Of a stretch of DNA of 64,000 nucleotides, positions 25,276-36,444 are shown in pieces (positions within the stretch are counted from its first letter, which is position 1; each line of letters opens with the position of its first letter). The DNA lies in the NCBI GenBank assembly GCA_963844035.1, contig CAWJMT010000004.1, forward strand, positions 64,001 through 128,000, written 5' to 3'. The notes beneath the pieces were generated by a model. The model was not told where the DNA came from and did no database searches. It worked only from the letters and a program-made list of their open reading frames with translations. The position numbers were made by a program, and so were the translations under genes. Origin of the DNA: an uncultured Gemmatimonadales bacterium. Its GTDB lineage: Bacteria; Gemmatimonadota; Gemmatimonadetes; Gemmatimonadales; GWC2-71-9.

Positions 25276-27477
25276 ATGGCGCCCCGACGTAGCACGCTCT
25301 CAACCACCGCGACCTTGATCCTTGCGGTCGCTTGCGCCGACCCGACGACCGAGCCTATCGGCGTCGCGCCGAGCTTCCACCGCGACGGCGGCAGAAACCA
25401 GACGATCGTCGTGGATCCCAAGGGCCGACACGACGCGACCACGATCCAGGCGGGCATCGACCTGGCGTCCCGCCGGCGGTCGCGTCCGCGTCATGCGCGG
25501 GACCTACGCCGAAGTCCTCGTGATCAACAAGGGGCTCACGCTCGAGGGCACCGACCGCGGGGACGACGACCACCATCGCAATCGCGCGGAGCAACGCGGG
25601 CAGGTGGTCATCGCGCCTTCCGGCGCGCCGCTCACCGTCGATCGAGGTCACGACCTCGCAGCCCCGTCACCGTCCGGGACGTTACCGTGCATGTCGGCGG
25701 TACGAACGGGATCCGCGGCGTTGGGGTCGTCGATCTCACGGTGGAGCGAGCGACGGTCGTTGCGGTCAATCCGCCGCTCGGCATGAGTCTCCTCGTGGCC
25801 GTGTTGAACGACGCGCCCACCACAGGGCGCGCGCGCCTGGTCGTGAAGAACAGTTTCATCGATGGAGCGGTGCCATTTGCCAATTCGCCGACACCGGCAT
25901 TCCCCCAGAGCTTCGGGGTCCGGGCGGCGGGTGACGTTGATGCGTTGGTGGACGGCAACGTCATTCGCCGCACTGGAGGCGCCTGCATCAACATCCAGGC
26001 GCGCAACGACCTCGCCGGCCACATGCAAGCGGACATCACTGACAACGACGTGGACGAGTGCTATCCCCTCGGACGAGCCGGTTCCATCAACGTCACGCCG
26101 GCAAACACAAATGTCCCCTCCGCCACGCGACCGGTCACCGCGACCGGGGTGGTCAACATCGTCGGTAACACGATCCGGAACAGTTTCGCGTCATCCCTGC
26201 CCTCGACCGCGATCCTTCAGACGATCTACGCCGGCAGGATTGAACACAACCGCATCATCGGTGTGGTCCAGCCGGGGGCGATCGCCACCGTCCGGGGCGC
26301 ACCGGGGGCCATCCTGATCGGCGACCAGCGCGACTTCTTCCCGCCGACGGGAGTGATCGTGCGCTTCAACGACATCGTCGGGAATGCTCAAGCGGGTCTC
26401 CGCGTAGGCAAGCGCGAGACCGCTTCACTCGACGCGCGGTGCGACTACTGGGGCTCGGAGGACGGCCCGTCCGGCGTAGGACCCGGAACGGGAGACGCCG
26501 TGCTGGTAGAGACTGGAGGTGCAAGGCCGATCTTTGCGCCCTTCGCCACGGGACCCGTCGCACAGAAGCGTCACCACGACATGATGATCACCATGGTAAC
26601 GATGGCCACGATGAGCACCGCTGCCACCTCGACTTTTCATTGTGGTCCGATCCTGTGAGCCTGGGGACGGCGATCAACACCGCCGCGAACGAACAGGGCC
26701 CTTCGCTGTCCGAAGACGGGCTCAGCCTCTACTTCGGCTCCGACCGAACGGGCGGTTCAGGTGGGTTTGACATCTGGGTCGCCCAGCGCGCGTGTCGAGA
26801 CTGCCCGTGGGGGACCCCGGTAAACCTGGGATCCGCGATCAACACTGCGAGCGTCGATCAGGGCCCGAACCTGTCCGCCGACGGCCGCCTCCTGTTCTTC
26901 AACAGCACGCGAGCCGGCGGCCAGGGTGGAACGGATCTCTACGTGTCCCAGCGAACCGATGTGCACGACGATTTCAGCTGGGGGCCGCCCGTTCCAGTTG
27001 GCTTGGACGTGAACACCGCGGCGGGCGAAGGGGGGTTGGAGTACCTGCCGAGCGTGAAAGGCGACGTGCCACGCATCTTCTTCAATCGAACGCCTGCGGG
27101 GGGTACAGCGGATATCTACGTTGTGCCCGCGACCACTGACGGTCTCGCCAACGACCGGCAGTGCTCGTCGCCGAAATCAGTGACCCGACCGTCAACGACC
27201 AGGGTACGACCGTGCGCGCCGATGGCAGAGAACTCCTTTTTCAGTCCACCCGCGCAGGGGGGCTGGGGGGAACGATCTCTGGACGTCCACTCGGCGCAGT
27301 GTCAGCGATCCATGGCCGACGCCGACTAATCTGGGCGCGCCGATGAACACGTCTGCCACCGAGCAGCAGGCCAGCCTGTCGGGAGACGCGAAGACGCTCC
27401 TCTTCGCCTCAAGTCGGACGGGCAGCCTTGGCGGGACGGACATCTGGATGTCGACGCGGACACGGATCCACCACTAG
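25276..27477 (+). CDS. Lipoprotein paralog 1: pectin-lyase-like beta-helix + His/Asp linker + PD40-repeat propeller (several frameshifts)
   Basis: GAGGAG RBS, lipobox AVAC, TTIQAGID..GTYAE, parallel-beta-helix repeats, YWGSEDGP, PD40 repeats (PSLSEDGLSLYFGSDRTGG, LSADGRLLFFNSTR). Confidence 0.75.
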
Positions 27478-27563
27478 CAACGAGAGGCCCCGGCGCGTCG
27501 CGCCATGGCCTCCTGTAGACGGACATGCACAGTCACACGAATGCACCGAACCTCGGAGGTTCG

Positions 27564-29760
27564 ATGACCGTCGCGCCCTGGACACCCACCAGCTGCCGCG
27601 CCTGGCTCTGCACGCTCGCCTTCGTCGCTTGCAGCGAACGACCCGCCGATCCCACCAGCCTCGCGCCGAGCGTCCACCGCGACGGCGGCGGGCACCGGAC
27701 AGTGGTGGTAGACCCCGATGGCCGACACGACGCGACCACGATCCAGGCGGGCATCGACATGGCCCCGGCCGGGGGGCGCGTGCAGGTGCCGCCCGGGACG
27801 TACGCCGAGACACAGCATCTCCAAAGGGCTCACGCTCGAAGGCATGAAGGGGGCACGATGATGAAGTCGGTGTACTCGTCGCGCCACCCGGAACACGCTG
27901 ACGCCGCCGTCCAGGTGACGGGGGCAGCCCCAGTGACCATCCGCGGGCTAACCGTTCGGTATACCGGCCTCAACGGGATCCGCGGAGACGGACCGGCGGA
28001 TCTCACCGTCGAGCGCGCGACGGTTGTTGCGATAAACCCACCACTCGGCAGCACTGCGCTCATTTCCGTCGCCAACAATCCGCCGACCGGTGCGCCGGCC
28101 GGCTCGTCGTACGCGAGAGCCAAGTGGACGGGAGCACGCGTTCGCCAACTCTCCCAGACCAGCGTTTCCCCAGACCTTCGGTATCCGGACGAGCGGCGTC
28201 GCTGACGCGGTCATCGAGCGCAACACTGTTCGGCGCGCAGGCGGTGCCTGCATCAACGTTCAGACCGAGCTGACCGGCGAAGTAAACGCGGACATTCTCC
28301 ACAACGACCTCGACGAGTGCTATCCGTCCGGCCGCGCCGGCGCTCTCACGGTCGGTCCCAGAGGAACGCTGCCGGCCCCCCTGGTCGGCTTCACCGCAAC
28401 GGGCACCGTGAACGTCGTCGGGAACACGATCCGCAACACCCTCGGCTCGTGCCTCCCGACGGCCGGCATCAACTACGAAGCCTTCTCGGGCCGCGTCGAG
28501 CACAACCGCGTCCTCGGCGTCGTGCAGGCAGTGCGCCACGGCGACGACGCGGGTTCTGCCCGCGGGCATCTGGGTGGGCAGTTTCCGAGGCGCGACGCCG
28601 GCCAACGTGAGCGGTGCGCTTCAACGACATCGTCGGGAACGCGCAGGCAGGACTCCGCGTGGCGCCCAACATCGCGACGCCGTTCGACGCCCGCTGCAAC
28701 TACTGGGGCTCGCGGACGGCCCGGCTCGAGCGCTGGCCGTCAGGAACCGGCGACGCCATCGTGGTCGAGGCCGTGGCGCGACGCCGTGTTCACGCCGTTC
28801 GCCAAGAGACCCGTCGGCCGTGGCGAATGGTGCGAGCACGGTGACGATGACGACGATGACGGCAAGCGCGCTGGCTGACGGCTCCGAGGCACTCTGGTCG
28901 CAGCCGGTGAACTCGGCCGCGGCGATCAACACCGCGAGTGGGTGACGACCCTGGCTGTCCTGGTGGAGCTCTGATCAAGCTATGAACCGAGCGGCTGGGC
29001 GGCCATCTCTGTCCCGACGCGCTACGTCCTGCTCCTCGGAGCGCCCATGAATCTCGGAGCCGTCATCAATACCGCTGCGCAGGCGAGCTAACCCCACCCT
29101 GTCCAGCGACGGACACTTGATGTACTTCAACAGCGACCGCGCTGGCGGCTTCGGAGCGAGCGACATCTACGTTTCGTACCGCGCCGGACCCCACGGACGA
29201 CCTCGCGTGGGGGCCACCAGTCAACGTGGGTCCGCTTGTGAACACGAGCGGCGAGTTGAGCAAGGGGCAGGGTAACGCTCCGGCCGGGAGCGATGGGATC
29301 GCCAGGCTCTATTTCGACCGGCGGTCAGGCCTCGGCGCGACCGCCCCGCTCGACATCTACTCCGTAGCCCGCTGACGAGCGACGGGCGACCCAGTGCGCC
29401 TGCCGCGCATCGGTCGCTGGGGTCAACCTTCCCAGCGACCCTGTCAATGACTTCGGGGCAGAGCAGAGCAATGATGGGCGAGAGCTCTTTTTCATCGCGA
29501 CACGTCCTGACGCTGTGTGGCTTGGCGACCTCGGGTCCCTCGACCGCGGCGGGAGCGGGCGACGCCTGGTCCACGGCCGGAGAATCTGGGAAGCACGATC
29601 AACACGCGCGCTCGAACGGATACGGCACCCGAGTCTCTCGAGCGACGGCCGAACGCTGATGTTCGCCTCCGACTGGACATGGGGGGTTCGGGCGACGCGG
29701 TGTACCGGCGGGAGCGCGGGGACGAGCGCGGGCTCGGTGCGCACAACGCACCGGGGTCTG
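27564..29760 (+). CDS. Lipoprotein paralog 2: beta-helix + Asp/His linker + PD40 repeats (heavily frameshifted)
   Basis: GGAGG RBS, lipobox FVAC, same N-domain as paralogs 1/3, LSSDGHLMYFNSDR and LSSDGRTLMFASD remnants; end approximate. Confidence 0.7.
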
Positions 29761-29959
29761 GACGCAGGCAGGTGCGCCCGACCGCGATCCCGCACGGCGA
29801 CGGAGCGATCTGACCGCGACGACGACGCGGGCAGCCGAACCGCGAGGCTGGGCGCGAGCGTTGTGCTGGTGGCTGCTCGCGCGGCCGACAGCACGCTCCA
29901 GCTCTGCTCGCCTCATCCGCCGCTCATGGCATAGGGCGCTAGTCCTGGAGGTCTAGCGC

Positions 29960-30630
29960 TCCGTGATGATACCGGGACGGCGAGCCCCCGAGCGTCGACG
30001 CGCTCAAGTTTGTGTGGACGTCCACACTCTCGGCGTCAATTACAGCACACCGGGCCGAGTGCTGCGCGCGCTGGTGAACCAGAACGACTTTGTGCAGCCG
30101 GCCGGGATCCCAGCTCGCCTGCCTTCCAACGGTGGTTCGCGCTCAATCAGTCGTCGCTCCCGGCAGTTCAGCCGCTGGGTCGGGATCCTCAGCGCGTGTG
30201 ATCGACGCGGGATCGCAGAGGCTGCAGTACGCGCCGGCACCCCGAGCCTGCGGCGGTGGCCGCCAAGATCAGGAGAGTCGCAACCCTCCGGGCACGGTGA
30301 TATGCCCGGGCCAGTGGAGAAGGCGTTCCGGCTGCTCGCCAAAGGCAAGGCGATCAACTACGAAGGCGCCCTAGGCCCGGTCGACCTGGACGAGCGTGGC
30401 AGTGCCACCGGCCTCGCGTTCGGGATCTTCAAGGTGCAACCAGGTGGGCAACAAGCGCTCAAGTGAGCAACTTCGGTTTCCCGCCGCATCCTGTCTGTAC
30501 CGACGATGAGGAGGACAACGGTCACGACGATGGCGACGATGACGACGACCACCACCATCGCCACCACAACGACAACAATGAGCGCACCACGATGGACAAA
30601 AGACCGCCATGACGACCGGCGTACGGCCGA
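29960..30630 (+). other. Degraded fragment of a type-1 periplasmic binding protein (branched-chain ABC SBP-like) with an Asp/His-rich tail
   Basis: INYEGALGPVDLDERG resembles the SBP C-terminal motif; followed by CTDDEEDNGHDDGDDDDDHHHRHH; N-terminal part unreadable. Confidence 0.5.
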
Positions 30631-30863
30631 CGTCCGACCCCGGGGGCTGAGGCCCCCGCACGCAGGTCCGAGATGTGACCAGCTTGATACAGCCCTTCCC
30701 TAGCGAGATCGGGAGAGGGGGGTAGTTTCAGCCTGCATCCGGTGGAGGCATCTCCACATCCGCCGATGGCCCTTCGGCCCAGATGCCGCCCGACGCCCGC
30801 CAGGACGCCCTCCGACACCGCGACCGCTACCGCCACCGACGGATCACCAACCTCGGAGGCTCG

Positions 30864-32630
30864 ATGATCGCCGCGTCCTGGATACCCACTCGCCGCCTTG
30901 CTTGGCTCTGCACCCTCACCCTCGTCGCTTGCGGCGAACCACCCGCCGAACCGACCGCCCTGGCTCCGAGTTTCCACCGCGATGGCGGGAGAAACCGGAC
31001 GATCGTAGTGGATCCCAAGGGTCGGCACGACGCGACCACCATCCAGGCAGGTATCGACATGGCGCCCGCGGGCGGGCGCGTCCAGGTCATGCCCGGGACG
31101 TACCCTGAGTCCCTGGTGGTGGACAAAGGCATCACACTGGAGGCCGCGGACGACGGGATCACGATGCGATATCGCGCCAAGCATCACGCGGGTGTAATCA
31201 TCGCACCGCCGGGCGCTCCAACCATCGCCGTGCAGGTCGCGACCACGGAGCCGGTCACCATCCGGGGGCTGACCCTTCACTATACCGGACTCCACGGCAT
31301 TCGGGGCGACGGCCTCGTGGACCTGACGGTAGAGCGCGCAACGGTCGTCGCCGTCAACCCGCCACTCGGCGCGAGCCTGCTTGTCTCGGTCTTCAACAAC
31401 CCGCCGACCACCGGGCCGGCTCGGCTCGTCGTACGCGAGAGCAACCTGGATGGGAGCACAGCGTTCGCCAACTCTTCGACCCCGCCGTTCCCCCAGACCT
31501 TCGGTATAGGGACCCGCGGTGTCGTGGACGCGGTCATTGAGGGAAATACCATTCGGCGCGCTGGGGGTGCCTGCATCAACGTTCAGACCGAATTGACCGG
31601 CGACGTAAACGCGGACATTCTCAACAACGACCTGGACGAGTGTTATCCGTCGGGCCGCGCCGGTGCGTCTCACAGTCGGTCCCAGAGGAACACTGCCGGC
31701 CCCCTTGGTAGGCTTCACCGCAACGGGCATTGTGAACGTTGTGGGGAACACGATCCGGAACACACTTGGATCGTGCCTTACGACGGCCGGCGATCAACTA
31801 CGAGGCGTTCTCGGGCCGCATCGAGCACAACCGAGTCCTGGGTGTCGTGCAGGCATGCGCGACGGCGACGACCCGAGGCGCGTGCCCGCCGGGATCTGGG
31901 TGGGCAGCTTCCGCGGCGCGACGCCCGGCAAACGTGACGCGTCCGCTTCAACGACATCGTGGGGAACGCCCAAGCCGGGCTTCGCATAGCGCCGAACATC
32001 ACGACGCCCATCGACGCCCGCTGCAACTACTGGGGCTCGACGAACGGACCGTCGGGACCGGGGCTGGGCGGGACGGGAGACGCCCTGGTTGTCGAGACCG
32101 GCGCGGCGCGCCCCGCGTGGGCGCCCTTCCTCACGCGGTCCGACGCGGACAAGCGGCACCACGGCCACCGTGACAAGCACCATGGCCACGGTCGGCAGAA
32201 GTGCCAGCTCGAATTCACCGCGAGCTTGAGCTCCGCCGAGGAGGTGCCGACCAACACCAGCGTCGCCACGGGCAATTCGATCTTCTTCACCAGCGACGGT
32301 GACTCCGTGCGGTTCCGCCTCAAGGTCGCCAACATTCAGAACGTGCTGCAGGCCCACATCCACGTCGCCGCCACCGGCGTGAACGGGCCGGTCGTGGTGT
32401 TCCTGTATCCCGCCGCTCCACCGGCGGTGCTCATCCCGGGCCCGTTCGACGGTGTCCTCGGGGAAGGCACGTTTACCGCCGCGAACCTGCGGGGTTCGCT
32501 CGCAGGGATGACGATCCCCGACCTGCTCGCCCAGATGCTCGCGGGTAACACGTACGCGAATGTCCACACGAGCCAATTCACGGGCGGGGAGATCCGCGGA
32601 CAGATCCGTCAGAGGACACATGGTGAGGAG
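30864..32630 (+). CDS. Lipoprotein paralog 3: beta-helix + His-rich linker + CHRD domain (frameshifted)
   Basis: GGAGG RBS, lipobox LVAC; CHRD motifs LSSAEEVP, QAHIH..GVNGPVV, YANVHTSQFTGGEIRGQI; end approximate. Confidence 0.8.
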
Positions 32631-32640
32631 CGGACCGCGA

Positions 32641-32700
32641 GCCGGCCGGGGCGGTGCCCCGGGGTCTCGCCAGCGCCGGGGTTTGTGGGCACCTGCCGGC
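32641..32700 (+). terminator. GC-rich stem-loop after paralog 3
   Basis: GCCGGC..GGTGCCC ... GGGCACC.GCCGGC inverted arms. Confidence 0.4.
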
Positions 32701-32706
32701 GCGGAA

Positions 32707-32736
32707 TTGATGACAGGGGTCCGCCGAGCGTACCTT
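32707..32736 (+). promoter_or_regulatory. Putative sigma70-type promoter of DUF1640-like copy 2
   Basis: TTGATG-18 bp-TACCTT, preceded by the same GCCGAGCG as copy 1. Confidence 0.5.
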
Positions 32737-32770
32737 ACACTTTCGCCGCAACCGACCTGGAGCCCGCTCC

Positions 32771-33064
32771 ATGCCCGTCACGGCGAAACTGTCCCGGAAG
32801 TTCTACGAGCGGTTCGGCGACGAGCTCACGAATGAGCTCGTGGAGTGGTTCAATCAGGTGGATGCGACGTACAAGTCCGATCTTCGGGAGCTGAACGAGC
32901 TCAACTTCAGTCGCTTCGAGGCGAAGCTCGAGGCGGCTGTGGCTCGTCTCGAAGGCGGCTTGCTGGCACGTATCGGCATGGTTGAGGGGCGCCTGACCCG
33001 ACTGACGGTGCTGTTGTGGGCAACGCTCGCCGCCACTCTGATCGGACTCCTCAGGCTGCGCTAG
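32771..33064 (+). CDS. DUF1640/CCDC90-like coiled-coil protein, copy 2
   Basis: MPVTAKLSRKFYERFGDELTNELVEWFNQVDATY..; C-terminal TM; clear paralog of 23927..24324. Confidence 0.8.
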   Translation: MPVTAKLSRKFYERFGDELTNELVEWFNQVDATYKSDLRELNELNFSRFEAKLEAAVARLEGGLLARIGMVEGRLTRLTVLLWATLAATLIGLLRLR

Positions 33065-33507
33065 CTCCCCACCGTCGCCATACACTCAATCTCCACACGC
33101 GCGCCCAGCGCGAGCCCGCTTCCCGCCACCGTCGAGCGGGCGGGCGGGTCCTTCGGAAAATAGGTCGCGTACACCTCGTTCATTTTTCCGAAGTCCCGCA
33201 TATCCGTCAGGAACACCGTGCACTTCACCACCCGATCGAGCGAGCTGCCGGCGTACACGAGCAGCGCTTTGACGTTTTCGAGCGCCTGCCGCGTCTGGCC
33301 CGCGATCCCGGTGTCGGCGAGCTGCGGCGTCCCCGGCACCAGGCCGAGTTGGCCCGAGAGGTACAGCATGTTGCCGACGCGCACCGCAGGGGAAAACGGC
33401 AACCCGGCCACGCGACCGGGCGGCTGGACCACCTGACGGTCCTGCGCGCCTGCGATGCGAGCGACGGCGACGGCGACGAACAGGAACAACCATACCGCGA
33501 CTCGCAT
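33061..33507 (-). CDS. RidA/YjgF family protein with signal peptide
   Basis: AAGGAGG RBS; MRVAVWLFLFVAVAVARIAGAQ; LYLSGQLG, VVKCTVFL, MNEVY, PPARSTV, VEIEC. Confidence 0.92.
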   Translation of the reverse strand: MRVAVWLFLFVAVAVARIAGAQDRQVVQPPGRVAGLPFSPAVRVGNMLYLSGQLGLVPGTPQLADTGIAGQTRQALENVKALLVYAGSSLDRVVKCTVFLTDMRDFGKMNEVYATYFPKDPPARSTVAGSGLALGARVEIECMATVGS

Positions 33508-33633
33508 ACCGTCTCCTCCTTGGAATGCGCGGCTGAAGCCGCGACTCGGCTCTGCCGCTGAAGCGGCCCGTGTGGTCCGCCCGTTCACGGGCAGGTGCCG
33601 AGCCGCGAGTTCACTCGCGCCAGCGGGGCAAGA

Positions 33634-34831
33634 TCACTCTCGCCCGATGCGGGCCGCAACCATTGGCCACGCCAATGCCAGCGCGCCCGCGGCGGCAGCG
33701 CTGGTAAGGAACGCGAGGGTCGCGCCGTATCGCTGAAATACGGCGCCCAGCGCTACACCGCCGATCAGCGCCGCCATTCCCGTCACCCCGTGGTACGCGC
33801 CGAACCCGCTCCCCTGTCGGGCGCCCGCGAGCTTGGCCACCAACGCCCGCTCGGGGCTCTCGGTGAGCCCGGCCACGACCCCCAAGGAGAGGAACAGCAG
33901 CCACGCCTGCACCGCCGTCTCCGCCACCGCAAACCCGGCGGCGACGAGAGCGTACGCCCCCCAGCCAAGCCACATGGTGCGCGCCGCGCCGATGCTGTCC
34001 GTCAGTGCACCCCCCACGAAGCTCGTGGAGGAGCGCACCACGTGCAGCGCCGCCCAGAGCAGCAATACCGACGCGACTGAGACGCCCATCTCCTGCGCGC
34101 GCAGAATGACGAGCGTCTCGGGCATCCGGAGGAGATAGAAGAAGGAGATGAGAAGGACGGCGGTCGGGCGGACCGTCGGTCGGGCGGTCGGTGGAAGCGG
34201 TCCGATAGCCCGCGGGGGTTCTGGGCTCCTGACCGCCTGACCGCCCGACCGCCCGACCGCCCATCACTGCGAGCACGAGCACCGCCACCCCCGGCACGAT
34301 GCTCGCCGCGATGACGCCACGAACGTCCGCTTGATGAAACGCCAGCAGATACCACGCGACCAGCGGACCAAGCACCGCGCCGAAGTGATCGAGCCCGCGC
34401 TGCAGCCCAAACGCGCGACCGCGCAGCGCCGCTGGGGTCGCATCGGCGATCAGCGCGTCGCGCGGCGGCGTGCGGAGCCCCTTGCCGAGTCGGTCCACCA
34501 CCCGGAGCCCAATCACCTGCCAGGCGGCGCCGGTGAAGGCGATCACCGGCCGCACCACGACCGCCGCGGCATAGCCGAGCACGACCAGCCGGCCGCGGCG
34601 CATGGGACGGTCGGCGAGCCGACCCGACACGAATTTCACGATCGCCGATGCGAAGTCCGCCGCCCCGTCCAACGCACCGAGTGTGACCGCGCCCGCGCCC
34701 AAAACACCCGTGACAAACGCCGGCAAGAGCGGGTACACCATCTCGCTGGCGAAGTCGTTGAGCAGCGAGACCAGCCCGAACAGCTTGACGGTGCGAGGGA
34801 GGCGGGTGGCGGACGGCCCCGCGCTACTCAC
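33634..34831 (-). CDS. MFS transporter, frameshifts ~34130-34260
   Basis: SLLNDFASEMVYPLLP, DRLGKGLRTPPRDALI, GRAFGLQRGLDHFGA. Confidence 0.9.
34159..34262. repeat. Inverted arrays of GGCGGTC(G/A) octamers in the MFS central loop
   Basis: GGCGGTCGGGCGG..CGGTCGGGCGGTCGG (34159-34192) facing CTGACCGC CTGACCGC CCGACCGC CCGACCGC (34229-34260). Confidence 0.85.
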
Positions 34832-36444
34832 CGAGGTTCAGCCCCCAACGAATCAGCGCGACGGGGAGGCCGCCGTACTGCAGAATCGATGCATGAAAAC
34901 GCGCGAGCGTGAAATCGGCGCCCTGGGCGGTACGATAGTCGTCCCGCAACTTGAGTAGCTCCCTGCGGCCGACGGCGTAGCACAGGGGATACACCGGCTC
35001 GGCGCAGTAGCGTCGCACCTCCGCCTCGGCGTTGGCGCGGTCCAGGTGCGCCACATCCACGAGCTGATCCACCGCGTGCTCGAACGTCATCGCCCGGGTA
35101 TGCAGTCCCACGTCGAGGATGATGCGCACCGCGCGCCACAACAGGTGCACCCGCTGAAAGAAGATCTCCTCCTCCGACGAGTAGAATCCCTCGTCCCCCA
35201 TCATTTCCTCGCAGTACAACGCCCATCCCTCGACCGTGAGCGGCGTCCATACGTACTTGCGCACGGACGACGCCTGTTGCTGCGCGTGGACCAGCTGGAG
35301 ATGGTGCCCGGGGTAGCCCTCGTGCAGGGCGGTCGCCGGGAGCTCGTAGCGGCAATGGTCCCGCAACACGCGCTCCTGCTGTCCCGGGCCCAGCCGGGGA
35401 TCGGGAACGGTCACGTAGAACCAGCCGGTGCGGTCCGTCGAGTAGGGCCCGGGACTGTCGTAGGCCGCGAAGGGAATGAGCGGCCGCATGAACGCGGGGG
35501 TCGGCACCACGTCGAGCGGCGCGTCGGGAATCGCTGCCAGGCCGCGTGCCGCCACGAAATCCCGGGCGCGCGCCATCTCCCGGGCATAGCTCTGCACCAG
35601 CGTCTCGGCGGTGGGATGGTCGGCCCGCAGCCGGTCGACCACCGCATGCCAGCCTCCCCCGTCTTGTAGCCGGCGGGCGCGCGCCGCGAGATCGGCCTCG
35701 ATCTCCTGTTGGAGGTGGTGACCGTAGCGCCACAGCTCCGGCGCCGTGTCGCGCAGCGCGTGCTCGAAATGAAGCCGGAAGTCGAAGTTGTCCTCGCCCA
35801 GGGCGAACGAGTCTGACCCCGTGTCGAGCCACCGGCCCAGGTCGCTCTGGAATGAAGCCAGCGCCGCGACGCTCGCGTTCGCGGCCGCGCCGAGCCGCGC
35901 CGCCAACGCCGGCGACTCGCCGGCGACCGTCGACGCCACCTCCCGGACCAGCTCGGTGCCGGCCTCGGCGACCCGCAGCGCCGTTTCCGCAAACAGGCGC
36001 ACAGGCTCGGTGATCGCGGCGCGCGCATCGTCGAGGAACGCCGGCACGTCCTCGAGCCGGCCGAGCACCGCGGCGGCGCGTTCCGCCGCGCTGCGGTCGC
36101 GGCGCTGCATCAGGACGTGCAGTCCCCCGAGCAGGTGCGCCAGCCAGAAGCCGGGATTCTTTGCCTGCGCGCGCTCCCGCTCGAACCGCCGCAGCGTGAC
36201 GCGGATCTCATTCAGGAGCGCGGTGCGGTCGATCTCCTCGTCGAGCCCGTCGGTCTCCGCCTCTTCGAGCGCGGAGGCGATGGCCCGGAGCGCCGCGAGA
36301 TGGGGGGCGAGCGCCGCGGTGCTGTAGCGGCCGTAGCGGTCGATCGTGCGTCGTGACGCCCGCCTGCGTCGCGGCGACTGGATCGAGACTCCAGCGGACG
36401 TCCCGGTACGAGCGCTCGAGATCCGGAAACGCTCCTAGGGGCAT
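34824..36444 (-). CDS. DUF885 family protein, frameshift ~36340
   Basis: HEGYPGHHLQ, EGWALYCE, WRAVRIILDVGLH, EVRRY. Confidence 0.92.

Noticed and set aside
25276..32630. Diversity-generating retroelement or CRISPR explanation for the repeats
   Set aside because: No reverse transcriptase or cas genes, no repeat-spacer periodicity; differences between copies look like ordinary paralog divergence rather than adenine-specific changes.
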